A DNA stretch of 60,098 nucleotides. It comes from Eledone cirrhosa. Its lineage: Eukaryota. The DNA is taken from the NCBI GenBank assembly GCA_964016885.1, contig CAXHJY010001021.1, positions 1 to 60,098 on the forward strand. The letters run 5' to 3'. Made by a program: the position numbers and the translations under genes. Below, in pieces: positions 1 through 23,850 of the stretch. Positions within the stretch are counted from its first letter, which is position 1. Every line of letters starts with the position of its first letter. The notes below the pieces were generated by a model. It was not told where the DNA came from and did not search any database. It worked only from the letters and a program-made list of their open reading frames with translations.

Positions 1-2717
<2,717 letters not shown>

Positions 2718-5388
2718 TAACTTTGAACAACTTTGAATAACTTTGAAATGTTTTGGCCAGTATTGGCCCAGGCCATGTCTAACTTAATAGCACCACCTGG
2801 CGAAGACTTTCAATTCAGGATTTGGGCACCATGGCCCATTCGAGAAGAGAATTACTGTTTGCGGAGACATATCCGGGTGTGGGTGGTTTGTCCGGGATTA
2901 CTTGGAGGAATTTGTCTAAAGACTTCTTGAATTTTGTGTGGTCAGTTTCTGTTTTGACGTGTCCTGGTGTGATGTTGAAGAGAGCACGGCCGATTGAGGT
3001 GAAATAATTGTGCCGTGTTGTTGTTATGAGTTGCGATTTAGATTTTTGAATGGGACGGATAGCACGGGGCCCAAGCCTTAGGTGTATCTTGAAGGCGATG
3101 CCAACATCATTTGGGCAGTGATGATGGAACATTTTCCACATCATGCAGATAATATAACGCTCACGGCGACGTTGGAGTGAGTAAAGTTTCAGGTTTTCCA
3201 ATCGACCCCAGTAGTCAAGGTCTGACATGCCATCTATCTTTTTCGTGATTGCCCTTTGAGGAGCTTCAAGTTTCATGATACTTTGTTTCGTGTGGGGAGA
3301 CCACAGTGGACAACAGTATTCAAGGTGTGGTCGGGCGAAAGTAGAGAAGAGAAGGATAATGGTGCGGGAATCTCTCGACTGGAAGGTTCTGAGGATCCAG
3401 GAACACATTCTGCGGGCCATGTCAACTTTGCTGCTTATATGCGTGGTCCAGCTTATGTTGCTGTCCACGGTTACTCCCAAGTCTCTGATGTTGTTAGATG
3501 CCACGAGAGTTTCCCCGGAGGGAAGGGAGTACGGGAGTTTCAGAGCATCCTCTTTTCCAAAGTGGATCAGTTCGAATTTGTCTTCGTTCAGTAACATGTT
3601 GTTCTTTTCTGCCCATTGGGTAACAGCCAGTAGGTCTGACTGAAGGCTTATCCGGTCATCCACGCCATTGATGACCTTTTGGAGCTTGGAATCATCAGCG
3701 AAAATTTTAATGTTGCTGTGTTTGATGATGTCAGTGATGTCATTAATATAGATGATGAAGAGAAGTGGGCCCAACACAGTGCCTTGTGGGACCCCACTAC
3801 TGACTTTGGCTGGGCTTGATTTGACTCCCTCAACTACAACATGTTGGGTTCTGTTTGACAGGTAGCTCTTGATCCACTGCAGCAGCTTTCCAGTGACACC
3901 AATATTGGACAGCTTTCTCAGTAGAATGTTATGATCAACCCTGTCAAAGGCCTTGCTGAAATCAAGGTAGATAACATCAGTGTTGGAACCCTCTCCCAAG
4001 GCTCTCAAAATGTCATCAAAGTGATGCAGTAGCTGCGTCAGGCAATCCCTTCCATTACGGAATCCATGCTGGTTGGAGTTCAGCATATTGTTACTCTCAA
4101 GGAAGTGGGTCATTCGCGATCTCACCACTCGCTCAAATACCTTAATGATATGAGAGGTGAGTGAGATTGGACGGTAATTCACGGCAAGGGATTTGTTTCC
4201 CTTTTTGAAAACTGGGACAACAGACTGGGATAGAAGGTTTTCTGGCACATATCCAGCATCCAGTGAGTTCCGCCACAGATTGGCAAGAGGAGATGCAAGT
4301 TGGTGTTGACACGCCTTCAAGACACAAGCAGGGAACCTATCGGGACCTACTGCTGAATTATGCTTGATTTCCTTTATTGCCGCCAAGACATCAGGGGCGC
4401 CAAACGTTATGTCCGATAAGGTGTAATGGGGAGTAACATCGCCGATACAGCCCAGATCGGCCATATCAGGATTGCTGAAAATAGAGCAGTATTGTTTCTG
4501 CAGTATCTCACCCATGGTTTTAGCATTGTCTTGAAGAGTGCCATTTTCATCAATTAGAGGGCCAACAGTAGAGCCAGTGATTTTGTGTTTTTTTGCAAAT
4601 GAAAAGAACACTTTGGGATTGAGTTTGATCTTCTCAATGGCCCAGGCCTCTTCAGCCCTTCTCTGATTGTTGATGAGGGACATTATGTTGTTTTGGAGGT
4701 TATGTTTTTTAATCTCTAGTGATGAAATGGCAGTCAAGTTGATGTGTTGCTGCTGACAGTATTTCAGCTTGTTGATTTTTTTTGTTCGTTCTCTTAATTT
4801 TTCTGATGAGCGTTTTTCTATTTCTAGGGATTCTGCTCTTAGATTTGTTTATAGTTCTTAATGGGGTGTGTTTAGCACATATGTTTGTAACAGTGTCCAC
4901 AAATGTCTGCCAGGACTTTTTGATGTTAGTGGGTGTATGAGTGTGCGTGAAGGACCAGTCGACATGTGCAAGATCATGACTGATCGCTTCCCAGTTTGCA
5001 TTGTGGAAATCCATAGCGTCAAACGGATGGACAGGAGAGATGACATTGGGTTTGTATATTGGACGGTGGAATCTCAGATCACAGAGAACCATGTCATGAT
5101 CAGAGAGTAGAGTTTTCTCCACTGCAATATTGTGGATATTGTCAGTGTGATTGCTGAAAATTAAGTCTAGGACGTTTTTGTGGCACCTCGTTGGTTCGAG
5201 CACCAGTTGGGATAGGAAGAAATCATCCATGAAGTCAAGAAGCGATTCCATAGCTTCCCTGTCAGAGGTTGAGGCAGAAGAACCTGGTGGCAGGCTGTTT
5301 GTGGACCAGTCAACTCCGGGGAGGTTGAAGTCCCCCATCATTAAGATGTTGTCAGGGTGACACTCTTGGATGAAACACTTTATGCTGT
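2718..5388 (-). mobile_element. 5'-truncated CR1/L2-group LINE, copy 1 (APE endonuclease C-terminal half plus RT)
   Basis: EN motifs MGDFNLP, LDLIFSN and SDHDMV; RT motifs [19 protein letters not shown] and FADDSK. Stop at 2815, then a short 3'UTR and about three TTCAAAGTTR tail units. T8 at 4776-4783 (A7 at 24601-24607 in copy 2) shifts the frame. Confidence 0.93.
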
Positions 5389-8216
<2,828 letters not shown>

Positions 8217-8574
8217 CTCGTGCTACACGAGAATGCTGAGGATGGTTCTGAACATTAATCAGTATAAACTGAGGATGAAAAACTCAGAGCTGTATGGGAG
8301 CATCCCAAAAGTCAGCTCAAAAGTGACACAGAGGAGACTGAGGTTGGCTGGACATGCTCACCGACATCCAGAGTTGACATTGCACTCAGTGCTCCTTTGT
8401 GATCCCCTACATGTACACACTAGAAGAGGAAGACCAAGGTTAACGTATGTTGATGCTCTAAGGACAGACACTGGTCTGTTGGAGATGCAGGACATGGCAG
8501 CGATAATGAGGGACAGAGACCGCTGGAGAGAACTCGTCCATGGATCTCGGAAGTTTTACCCGCCTTAGATAGAT
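8217..8574 (+). mobile_element. RTE-clade LINE 3' fragment
   Basis: Translates [10 protein letters not shown]...RRLRLAGH...[11 protein letters not shown]...DRDRWR, a typical RTE ORF C-terminus. Ends in TAGA units running into TA. Confidence 0.8.
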
Positions 8575-8577
8575 ATA

Positions 8578-8637
<60 letters not shown>

Positions 8638-8782
8638 CATATATACATATATATATATACATATATACATATATATATATACATATATACATATATATAT
8701 ATATACATATATATATACATATATACATATATACATATATATATATATACATATATATATACATATATACATATATATATAT

Positions 8783-8857
<75 letters not shown>

Positions 8858-8864
8858 CATATAC

Positions 8865-8936
<72 letters not shown>

Positions 8937-9020
8937 ATACATATACATATATATATACATATATACATATATATATATATAAATATATACATATATATAT
9001 ATATACATATATATATATAC

Positions 9021-9051
<31 letters not shown>

Positions 9052-9368
9052 CATATATATACATATATACATATATATATACATATATATACATATATAC
9101 ATATATATATATTTGATTTGTATCCTTGTATATTATCAGCATCGAGCTAACCTTATACTCCCTGTTGGATAAGTGGAGTGTTATACACCCCTGATTCTCT
9201 CCCTAATATACATATATATATACATATATATATACATATACATATACATATACATATATATATATACATATATATATATACATATATATATATACATATA
9301 TATATATACATATACATATATACATATATATATACATATACATATATATATACATATATATATACATA

Positions 9369-9437
<69 letters not shown>

Positions 9438-9521
9438 ACATATATATATATACATATATATATATACATATATATATATACATATATATATACATATATA
9501 TATATACATATATATATATAC

Positions 9522-9561
<40 letters not shown>

Positions 9562-9699
9562 ATACATATACATATATATACATATACATATATATACATA
9601 TATATACACATATATATACATATATATACATATATATACACATATATATACATATATATATACATATATATACATATATATATACATATATATACATAT
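8575..9699. repeat. (TA)n/(TACA)n arrays with a ~95-bp unique island at 9112-9206
   Basis: Direct inspection. The island ends CTCTCCCTAA(TA)n, like 17518-17530. Confidence 0.93.
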
Positions 9700-9738
9700 A
9701 GAGATTACAATAATCAAAGTTCAGTTTAAGTCATTTAT

Positions 9739-9787
9739 TTGCTTACAATTGTTTCCTCCAGACCGAGGTTTGGAATCTTCGGAGCAA
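9739..9787 (-). ncRNA. Degenerate type I hammerhead ribozyme (U4->C core change)
   Basis: Minus strand: TTGCT-CCGAAGA-tTCCA..ACCtcGGT..TGGAg-GAAA-CAATTG-TA-AGCAA. Stem I is TTGCT/AGCAA and stem III is palindromic. Confidence 0.6.
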
Positions 9788-10494
9788 CTATTTACTGATC
9801 TATAACATACTTGACCTCCTTTTCAACCCAAGAGACATATAAAACATATGCGCATATTGATCAACAGTGGGGTGACATTCATCAAATGATATAGCATGGC
9901 AATTTACATATAAAGGTTACAGGATAAAAATAAAAATAAAAACAAAAATGAAAATAAAGATAAACATGAAGCGTTGGCAGTCTATGAAGATAAAGCAAGA
10001 GGAAAGTTTAGAGTAGTCAGTGTATGAAACAATCTCACGTGTAGCATGCACGCGTGTCTTATTTATACATGATAAGAGTGCGTCAGAATGATATATACAT
10101 ATATATATATACATATATATATATATTTATATATACATATATATATAAATGAAAGGTATAGAAAGTATTGTAGCAAGAAGCCAACAGTATTCTATAATAT
10201 ATAAGTGATTATAGTGTCAAAATGGGAAAATAGTTAACGTAAGATGTGGGAAAAATAATTCAAACTCAATTCAAAAAGAATCAGGATATAGATTTATGCA
10301 ACAGAATTTAGTGAAATCCAGGGAAAAATCAATAGAGCCTTAACTCATGATAAAATAAAGTCTAAAATACTCATCCTTCAATTTGGGACAACTACAAATG
10401 CTCATATATACATATATATATACATATATGCATAAATATATATATATATATATGCATATATATATTTACACGTAAATACAGACATATATATATA

Positions 10495-10587
10495 ATACAC
10501 AGAAGCGAAAACCAACCAAACAGTGAGTGTGTTCTGTTATTAATTCTGGCAATATTACACAAATATGACCCTCCCCAAGTATAACAA
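10495..10587 (+). mobile_element. 3'-terminal remnant of a Penelope-like element (same family as 32589-33324)
   Basis: 10501-10587 closely matches the reverse complement of 32589-32675. Ends ATGACCCTCCCCAAGTATAACAA then (TA)n. Confidence 0.7.
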
Positions 10588-11160
10588 TATATATATATAT
10601 ATATATATATATTAACAAATGGAAAATATCATATTTATTTTATTATACGTATTTCAAGGACACAAAGTTTTTGTGTGCTTTCATCAGATAAAATATAATA
10701 TAATATTAATAATACTCCAGAAAAATATTTGTAGAGTGCTTCTTCTCTGTTATAAAAATAATTTTGTTGAATAATGATCAACAAACCATATAACAAATTA
10801 GGACTAAGTATTTCGAGAGGTATTCGTGTCAATGTCTGAAGAGCAACAATATTGAGGAAGTGCAAAAGTAGCAGTAGTTATGTTGGTCAGTAGCCGATAG
10901 AAGGACCAAATAGAAGTACCAGGTGCATGCCAGAGGATATTGACAGTCGATGGTGTTGAAGTTCGTTCTTTAAAGGAAAGTCTGCGGACTTCTGGACATT
11001 GCGGAAGGAAACGGGTGTAAAACCGTTCTAAACATCATAATAGCATCTATATGGCTTTGGTTGTAGAGAAGATATTATTACCGTAGAGGTAATGTCTAGA
11101 TGACTGTATGTCTAGATGACTATAGAGAATGTGTTAGTAGAGGTAGTGGTATATATGCCT

Positions 11161-11797
11161 AGATAACTATAGTGAAGTGTTTACTAAAGTTAGTAGTGTA
11201 TTTCCTAGATAACTATTGTGAAGTGTTTACTAAAGTTAGTAGTGTATTGTCTAGATAACTATTGTGAAGTGTTTACTAAAGTTAGTAGTGTATTGTCTAG
11301 ATAACTATTGTGAAGTGTTTACTAAAGTTAGTAGTGTATTGTCTAGATAACTATTGTGAAGTGTTTACTAAAGTTAGTAGTGTATTGTCTAGATAACTAT
11401 TGTGAAGTGTTTACTAAAGTTAGTAGTGTATTGTCTAGATAACTATTGTGAAGTGTTTACTAAAGTTAGTAGTGTATTGTCTAGATAACTATTGTGAAGT
11501 GTTTACTAAAGTTAGTAGTGTATTGTCTAGATAACTATAGTGAAGTGTTTACTAAAGTTAGTAGTGTATTGTCTAGATAACTATAGTGAAGTGTTTACTA
11601 AAGTTAGTAGTGTATTGTCTAGATAACTATTGTGAAGTGTTTACTAAAGTTAGTAGTGTATTGTCTAGATAACTATTGTGAAGTGTTTACTAAAGTTAGT
11701 AGTGTATTGTCTAGATAACTATTGTGAAGTGTTTACTAAAGTTAGTAGTGTATTGTCTAGATAATTATAGTGAAGTGACTACTAAAGTTAATAGTAG
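11161..11797. repeat. 46-bp minisatellite, ~14 copies
   Basis: Unit AGATAACTAT(T/A)GTGAAGTGTTTACTAAAGTTAGTAGTGTATTGTCT starting at 11161, 11207 ... 11759. No spacers. A degenerate precursor lies at ~11095-11160. Confidence 0.97.
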
Positions 11798-11871
11798 CGT
11801 TATTTTCAATTAACCGACGTTAATGCGCTGGGGTCGATTTAATCGACTTTCTTTTATTATTTTACATAATA

Positions 11872-12094
11872 AGGGCGGTGGATTGGCAGTATCGGTAGAG
11901 GGTTGGACGCCATGCTTTGCAGCATAGAGTTACGGCCCTTTATGATCTGAGTTCAAATCCTGCCGAGTTTAACTTTTCCTTTCATCCTTACGGGGTCGAT
12001 AAAATAAAGTACCAGTCACGCACTGGAGTCGATTTAATCGACTTTCCCCTCCTCCAAAATTGCTGGCCTTGTGCCTATATAAGAAACCATTATT
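11872..12094 (+). mobile_element. tRNA-derived SINE (octopus-type)
   Basis: A-box-like TGGCAGTATCGG, B-box GAGTTCAAATCC, central CCTTTCATCCTTACGGGGTCGATAAAATAAAGTACCAG. Related pieces at ~12280-12470, 13681-13980 and 16683-16760. Confidence 0.82.
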
Positions 12095-12127
12095 TTACTT
12101 AATAAAAGCTATACCTATTTTCACAAA

Positions 12128-12191
12128 GACGGGGAGAAATGAGCCAAAATGGGGAGATCTCCCCGTCTAACGGGGAGAATTGACAGGTCTG
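12128..12191. mobile_element. Possible DNA-transposon/MITE terminus
   Basis: Repeated GGGGAGA subterminal motifs with a local hairpin, ending TTGACAGGTCTG. No partner end was found. Confidence 0.3.
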
Positions 12192-12734
12192 CATATCGTG
12201 CAGACTAATTGTGCAAATGGTAATGCGTGAAGGAGGGAAATATAGAGAGTGACATCGTCATTGTGGGATTGACATTCTAATTGCTTTGGTAAACGGAAAG
12301 GTCATTAGAACCTCGGACGAATTGTTTAGTTCTGTGTTATGACTGTGTATTCAAAATTCGCCCAGGTAAGTTTTGCTTTTCATCCTTTCTAGAATTATTA
12401 AAAGGTCGAACGAACTGTTCTGCAGTATCTGTTCCGGCTGTGTATGTTCTGAGTTCAAATCACGCCTCTATTACCCCCCCCCCCCCCCCAAGAATTGTGA
12501 CGTTTCTACCAGGAGTTGTGACCGGTAAATACGACCAGTAACGGAAAGACCAATTGAAAGTTTCCTTGATCCCATCTAACTATCGGCTCCTTTCCTTTAT
12601 TCACTGCCAAACCTCTCCCTATTCCTTCCATATATGTATAGCATCGTCTACTCTGTATATCTTTCCCTGAAAAATTATCATTTATTGATCTCGTCTGCTT
12701 TACCGATTTAATCTCCTCTTATATATGCGATGTT

Positions 12735-12768
12735 TTACTAATGTTTTGTTTTCGTTTATATTTTTTAG
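12735..12768 (+). promoter_or_regulatory. Intron 3' splice acceptor for the LRR gene coding exon
   Basis: Branch-point-like TTACTAAT (12735-12742), T-rich tract and TAG (12766-12768), 17 nt before the ATG in ACAAAATGG context. Confidence 0.7.
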
Positions 12769-12785
12769 ATCAATGATATCACAAA

Positions 12786-13670
12786 ATGGAAGCGTCTAGA
12801 AGATATTTGACTGTGTTCTTTCTACTCATCTTGTGTTTCTTCACAAGCTACGCTACCGGTATACGTTGTCCGATTAAGTGTAAATGCATCGGGAAAATGA
12901 TTCAATGCGTGTCACCTGTATTTCCACTACATATACCAAACAACCAGATAGATGAGGTTTTAATTCAAGGTAAACTCGGAATCATTCCAGAAAAGGCGAT
13001 TGTTTATGAAGATTTATTAAAGTTATCCATAAACGTGCATTGCATTGAAGAAATTAAACCACGGGCTTTCGCGGGTATTGTGAAAACCGTTGTGTTCGCT
13101 GCAAGAAACATTTCTAAAATCCATCAAGATGCATTTAGTGATATAGATTGTGAGCATTTTCTGTTTCATGATTCCTCCATTAAAATTTTACCTAGCTTTG
13201 CCTTCAGAACCCTCAGCTGCAAACAATTTAGATTGAGTGATTCAAAAATTGGTACACTTGAAACTAATGCGCTTAGTATTTCCGAAACTAATGAAGTGAT
13301 TTTGACCCATAACGAATTCACATGTATCAATAACAATGCGTTTGGTTTGAACAAGAATGTGGACGTTAGCTTAAATAAGATACACCATTTTCTCAAACAA
13401 CAAGCTCCGCCTAAAGTATTCCATCATAACGAAGTAATCTGTGATTGTTCTCTAAAGTGGATTTATGATAAAAACTCTACCAATATGAGAGGAAATACAT
13501 GTTTGAATTATAAAGAAAAACTGATGAAATTTGATTTGTTTTCTTCGTGTAACGAAACAAAAGTATTAGCAGAATGTCCGACACAAGGTGTTTCTAATGC
13601 AAACACAATTAATGTATTGCTTAATTATCTCCTCCTAGTAATAACGTACATAGTTTATAGCTGTTGGTGA
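12786..13670 (+). CDS. Secreted, probably GPI-anchored leucine-rich-repeat protein (294 aa)
   Basis: Signal peptide (LTVFFLLILCFFTSYATG), LRRNT CPIKCKC...C, divergent LRRs (IKPRAF, IHQDAF, LPSFAF, LETNAL, INNNAF), LRRCT NEVICDCSLKW..C, and a hydrophobic C-terminus with no cytoplasmic tail. Confidence 0.88.
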   Translation: MEASRRYLTVFFLLILCFFTSYATGIRCPIKCKCIGKMIQCVSPVFPLHIPNNQIDEVLIQGKLGIIPEKAIVYEDLLKLSINVHCIEEIKPRAFAGIVKTVVFAARNISKIHQDAFSDIDCEHFLFHDSSIKILPSFAFRTLSCKQFRLSDSKIGTLETNALSISETNEVILTHNEFTCINNNAFGLNKNVDVSLNKIHHFLKQQAPPKVFHHNEVICDCSLKWIYDKNSTNMRGNTCLNYKEKLMKFDLFSSCNETKVLAECPTQGVSNANTINVLLNYLLLVITYIVYSCW

Positions 13671-13680
13671 AAGAGTTTAA

Positions 13681-13980
13681 TATAATTGTTTCTACTATTG
13701 ACACAAGGCCAGCAATTATCCCAGTACATTACTGGTACTTTATTTTATCGACCCCGTAATGATGAAATACAAAGTTAACCTCGGCGGGATTTGAACTCAG
13801 ACAATACGAGGTTAACTTTGCCTTTCATTCTTACGGGGTCGATAAAATAAAGTACCAGTAATGTACTGGGATAATTGCTGGCCTTGTGTTTAGTATAATT
13901 GTTTCTACTTTTGGCACAAGGCCAGCAATTACTGGTACTTTATTTTATCGACCCCGTAAGGATGAAAGACAAAGTTTAAT
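13681..13980. mobile_element. Three partial SINE copies (-,+,-) forming an inverted repeat
   Basis: 13701-13783 is nearly the reverse complement of 13807-13889. A third minus-strand copy lies at 13894-13980. Confidence 0.85.
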
Positions 13981-14000
13981 ATAATAACAAATCGTTCTTG

Positions 14001-14046
<46 letters not shown>

Positions 14047-14135
14047 ATGAAATTTCGTTTCACTTTTCCAAATATATATATATGTGTGTGTGTGTGTATA
14101 CACACATACATACATACATACATACATACATACAT

Positions 14136-14972
<837 letters not shown>

Positions 14973-15036
14973 ATACATACATACATACATACATACATAC
15001 ATACATACATACATACATACATACATACATACATAC

Positions 15037-15623
15037 TGCAGGCATAACAGACCAGATATTATGATATGGGACAGGGAGAAGAAAACATGCACAGTAGTGG
15101 AAATTAGCTGCCCAGCAGATGCCAATATAATATCAAAGATTAGTGAAAAGGAGAATATTTATGCAGAACTGATGAGAAATCTGCAGATACTCCACCCTGA
15201 TTACACCTTCAGATTTATGCCTGTGATTATTGGGGCACTGGGATATGTTAGTAACTGCCTCAATACAAATCTTGAGAAGCTGGGCTTCACAGGAACAGAA
15301 AGAACACAACTAGTTAGGAAATTACAAGTACAATCCATTAATGGAACAGTAAAAATATGTAAAACATTCCAAAAATTTTGCATCTAATAACTGCATATAC
15401 ACATGTACAGATACAAAGCATATACACATGCACACATACAACTCAAAACGTACACATCCACACATACAATAACATCCATATCCACACATGCATGCATGCA
15501 GACATACATACATATCTACCTAGTTGATGTTGTGTAAATTCCAATGAGAGAGTCTTGTGTCTATGTTAGAAACCGACTCTCTCTCTATTGGTAAAACTTT
15601 GTGAAATTATAAAACCAGAAAAA
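15037..15623 (+). mobile_element. R4/Dong-like LINE fragment encoding a restriction-like endonuclease
   Basis: HNRPDIMIWD...VVEISCP...KENIY..L...PVIIGALG is a PD-(D/E)xK RLE. Stop at 15387; (CATA)n flanks. Confidence 0.85.
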
Positions 15624-15689
15624 CATACATACATACATACATACATACATACATACATACATACATACATACATACATACATACATACA

Positions 15690-16302
15690 TACTCTTGGGT
15701 CCCAAATAATAAGTGATGGTTGTAATAAACGGGGTGTAGTGGTAATTTTTATAGGTTGTCTCCGTTGATTTAAAAAAAAGCAGAATTAGTCGTTTAGTTT
15801 ACATATTGAAACCCCCGCAACCCATCCTATTTTATAACGTATGGGATTTCGGTTATCATGTATAATTGCATTTTTATGTATAAAGAAAATTAATTAAATA
15901 CAATAGTAAATATAGAACAATGGAAATGTTATGTGAGATATAAATGACTTCCGTCTACACGAATACACAGACACTTGATATATACACAATATACACTATT
16001 GAGTCTATAATTAAACAGACTCATTAACTACTTAATTAACACAACCACAAGGATATGGTCCGAACGTGGAAGAGCCGAACTCCCACTGTCATCGCCTCCA
16101 TCTCTCTCGCCCTCTCCATCTCTCCGAATGGTGAGCAAATGGGGCCCTATGTGCTGGCCTCCCCACAGCCCCGGTGGACAGGAATGCTACCATTTAAAAT
16201 GAAATTTCGTCAGAGATTAGCAAAATTTAACAAGAGATGAGGGTGAAAAAAATCTGAAAAATTAATAAGCGGGGTTGGGTGATTATTCGAGACACGATAC
16301 TA
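15690..16302. mobile_element. Non-autonomous DNA transposon (MITE) with degenerate TIRs
   Basis: Left end TACTCTTGGGTCCCAAATAAT versus reverse complement of the right end TAGTATCGTGTCTCGAATAAT. Subterminal AATAARCGGGG motifs; TA at both ends within (TACA)n. Confidence 0.5.
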
Positions 16303-17010
16303 CATACATCTCCAACTCGGTCGTTTAAATTCTAGAAGAAATAAAAACACGCAAGAGAGATAATTCTAATAAAATAATTACATGGCAAATAAGAGAGGAT
16401 CTTGCCTTAAAATCGAACTGATGGGAGAAATATAAATAATATATTTACAGTTAATTTCAATAAATGCTTATATGTTTCATAAATTTCTGTTCTGGTTTTT
16501 TTCATTTTGGGGCTTTTCTCGTTTACGTTTTTTTTTGTTTTTTTTTAATTATTTTGTCTTTTTTTTAATGTTATCATTTATGTTTGTATTTGTTTTTGTT
16601 TTATTTATTCATGTTACAATAATATCATCACGTCCAATTGACAAATGTCGTTGGAAAGTCGGTATTTATTGCAGCTCTCTGTTCTGAGCTATGAGTTCAA
16701 AAGCCGCTGAGGTCAACACTACATTTTTGTCATTTCGAGGTCGATAAATAAAGTACCTGTCTTATAGTGAGATACACACACACACACGCTCTCTCTCTCT
16801 CTCTCTCTCTCTCATACGAAAGAAATCAGATTTTTTCAGATTTAGAGAGAGAGAGAGAGAGACGTCTGAAAAACGGTGCCCTAACTCCATCGGAATTCCA
16901 GGCCCCATAGACGCTCAGATGGGTGGAATGATATTATTACATAATTACGAAAAAATACATCTTAAAATACATTACGGCCTGTCCCTTCAATCTATCTTAT
17001 TTCTCATTTC

Positions 17011-17044
17011 TTCTGATGAAGGACTAGCGTACGAAACGTTCAGA
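17011..17044 (+). ncRNA. Degenerate minimal PLE-type hammerhead motif
   Basis: CTGATGA-aGGAC tagc GTAC-GAAA-CG-TT, with one mismatch in stem II. Confidence 0.45.
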
Positions 17045-17342
17045 CCCTCTTCCTGCTATATCAAGCGTTAACCTAATATATTCCTTCCATATACTGTACC
17101 GATTGTGTTGTTATTTCTGTTTAACTTTTACATACATATATATATATATGTGTGCTTCAGAAGATCCCGTTAAGGGTGAAAGCAGCGATTCTTTCCTTAA
17201 ACTTTAATCTGTTTTTATAATAAATATACACTTGAGGGCGGCCGACTGGACAAGAAATTGTTAAATGTTTGGCCGCCTACTCGTCTCTCTGCCTTTTCAG
17301 CCCCATGGATTGTGTCTATTATATTCCTTTGTTAAATTTCGA

Positions 17343-17400
17343 ATACCTGATGATGTCACCGGATTCATACTGAACCCGGTCATTGAAATGTTCATAGTAT
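17343..17400 (+). ncRNA. Type I hammerhead ribozyme in a PLE-like 3' remnant (~17150-17530)
   Basis: ATAC-CTGATGA-..ACCGG...CCGGT..-GAAA-TGttCA-TA-GTAT, directly followed by AATAAA. Confidence 0.68.
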
Positions 17401-17591
17401 AATAAACCTTTCAAGGAATTACACCAGTCCAGCCTCCTGTTATTTTATAATAATTAACTTCGTACTCGCACCACCAACAACACAAACGAAGACGGGTGAG
17501 TTGCATTACGTCGAGTGCTCTCCCTAATATTACATCAAGGTTGACTATACGGAATGACCAGTTCTATCCAGTGGTGAACCAACAAACCTAA

Positions 17592-17659
<68 letters not shown>

Positions 17660-17790
17660 ATGTGTGTACATATATATATATATTATAAAAAACGATCCTC
17701 GTTCTTTATAATATTATACTCTGTTCTGCCCAGCATCGAGTGCTCAACCGGCATACCGCCCACGGACGCATTTACCTGCAAACCTACCAC

Positions 17791-21745
<3,955 letters not shown>

Positions 21746-21749
21746 AAAT

Positions 21750-22058
21750 GGGAAGACTTGGAATTATACATTTAAATCAGGACAAAATTTTACTGTAAAA
21801 AATCACTTCACTTGCTCATCAAAAAATCTAATTTATGCCATTAAATGTAAAGGATGCAATGAAGATTATATAGGACAAACTAAACTCACACTCAGAAACA
21901 GAATGACAGTTTATCGCCAACAATTACGAGATCCAACCACGAGACAAATACCACTAAGTGTACATCTAGACATTTGCGCAAGTAATAAGACACCCAAATT
22001 CCAAGTCTTCCCATTTTACCTTTGCGCTAACAATACAACAGAACAAATGCGAATAAAT
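21750..22058 (+). pseudogene. PLE GIY-YIG endonuclease fragment
   Basis: FTCSSKNLIYAIKCKGCNEDYIGQTKLTLRNRM...VHLDIC. Confidence 0.85.
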
Positions 22059-22064
22059 ATTTAT

Positions 22065-23552
<1,488 letters not shown>

Positions 23553-23563
23553 ATATATATATA

Positions 23564-23836
<273 letters not shown>

Positions 23837-23850
23837 ATATATATATATAT

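Noticed and set aside
4776-4783. Programmed frameshift or two-ORF structure in LINE copy 1
   Set aside because: Copy 2 has A7 and a continuous frame, so this is a homopolymer mutation or a sequencing error.
2733-5360. Short ORFs shared between LINE copies on the opposite strand or in other frames
   Set aside because: They are shared only because the copies are nearly identical; these are shadow ORFs.
9197-9206. CCCTAA at element-like ends (also 17522-17527) as telomere-priming sequence
   Set aside because: Single hexamers only, with no telomeric array, so the evidence is insufficient.
10635-10865. 76-aa ORF, possibly a decayed RT fragment or an exon
   Set aside because: No motif could be identified with confidence.
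11161-11797. CRISPR-like regular array
   Set aside because: Units are contiguous with no unique spacers, there are no cas genes, and the context is eukaryotic.
16055-16240. 61-aa ORF as a host gene
   Set aside because: It lies inside the probable MITE and has no recognisable domain.
17155-17190. Hammerhead-like CAGAAGA-tCCCgttaaGGGt-GAAA
   Set aside because: The core is altered and there is no stem III or NUH site. At best a decayed remnant.
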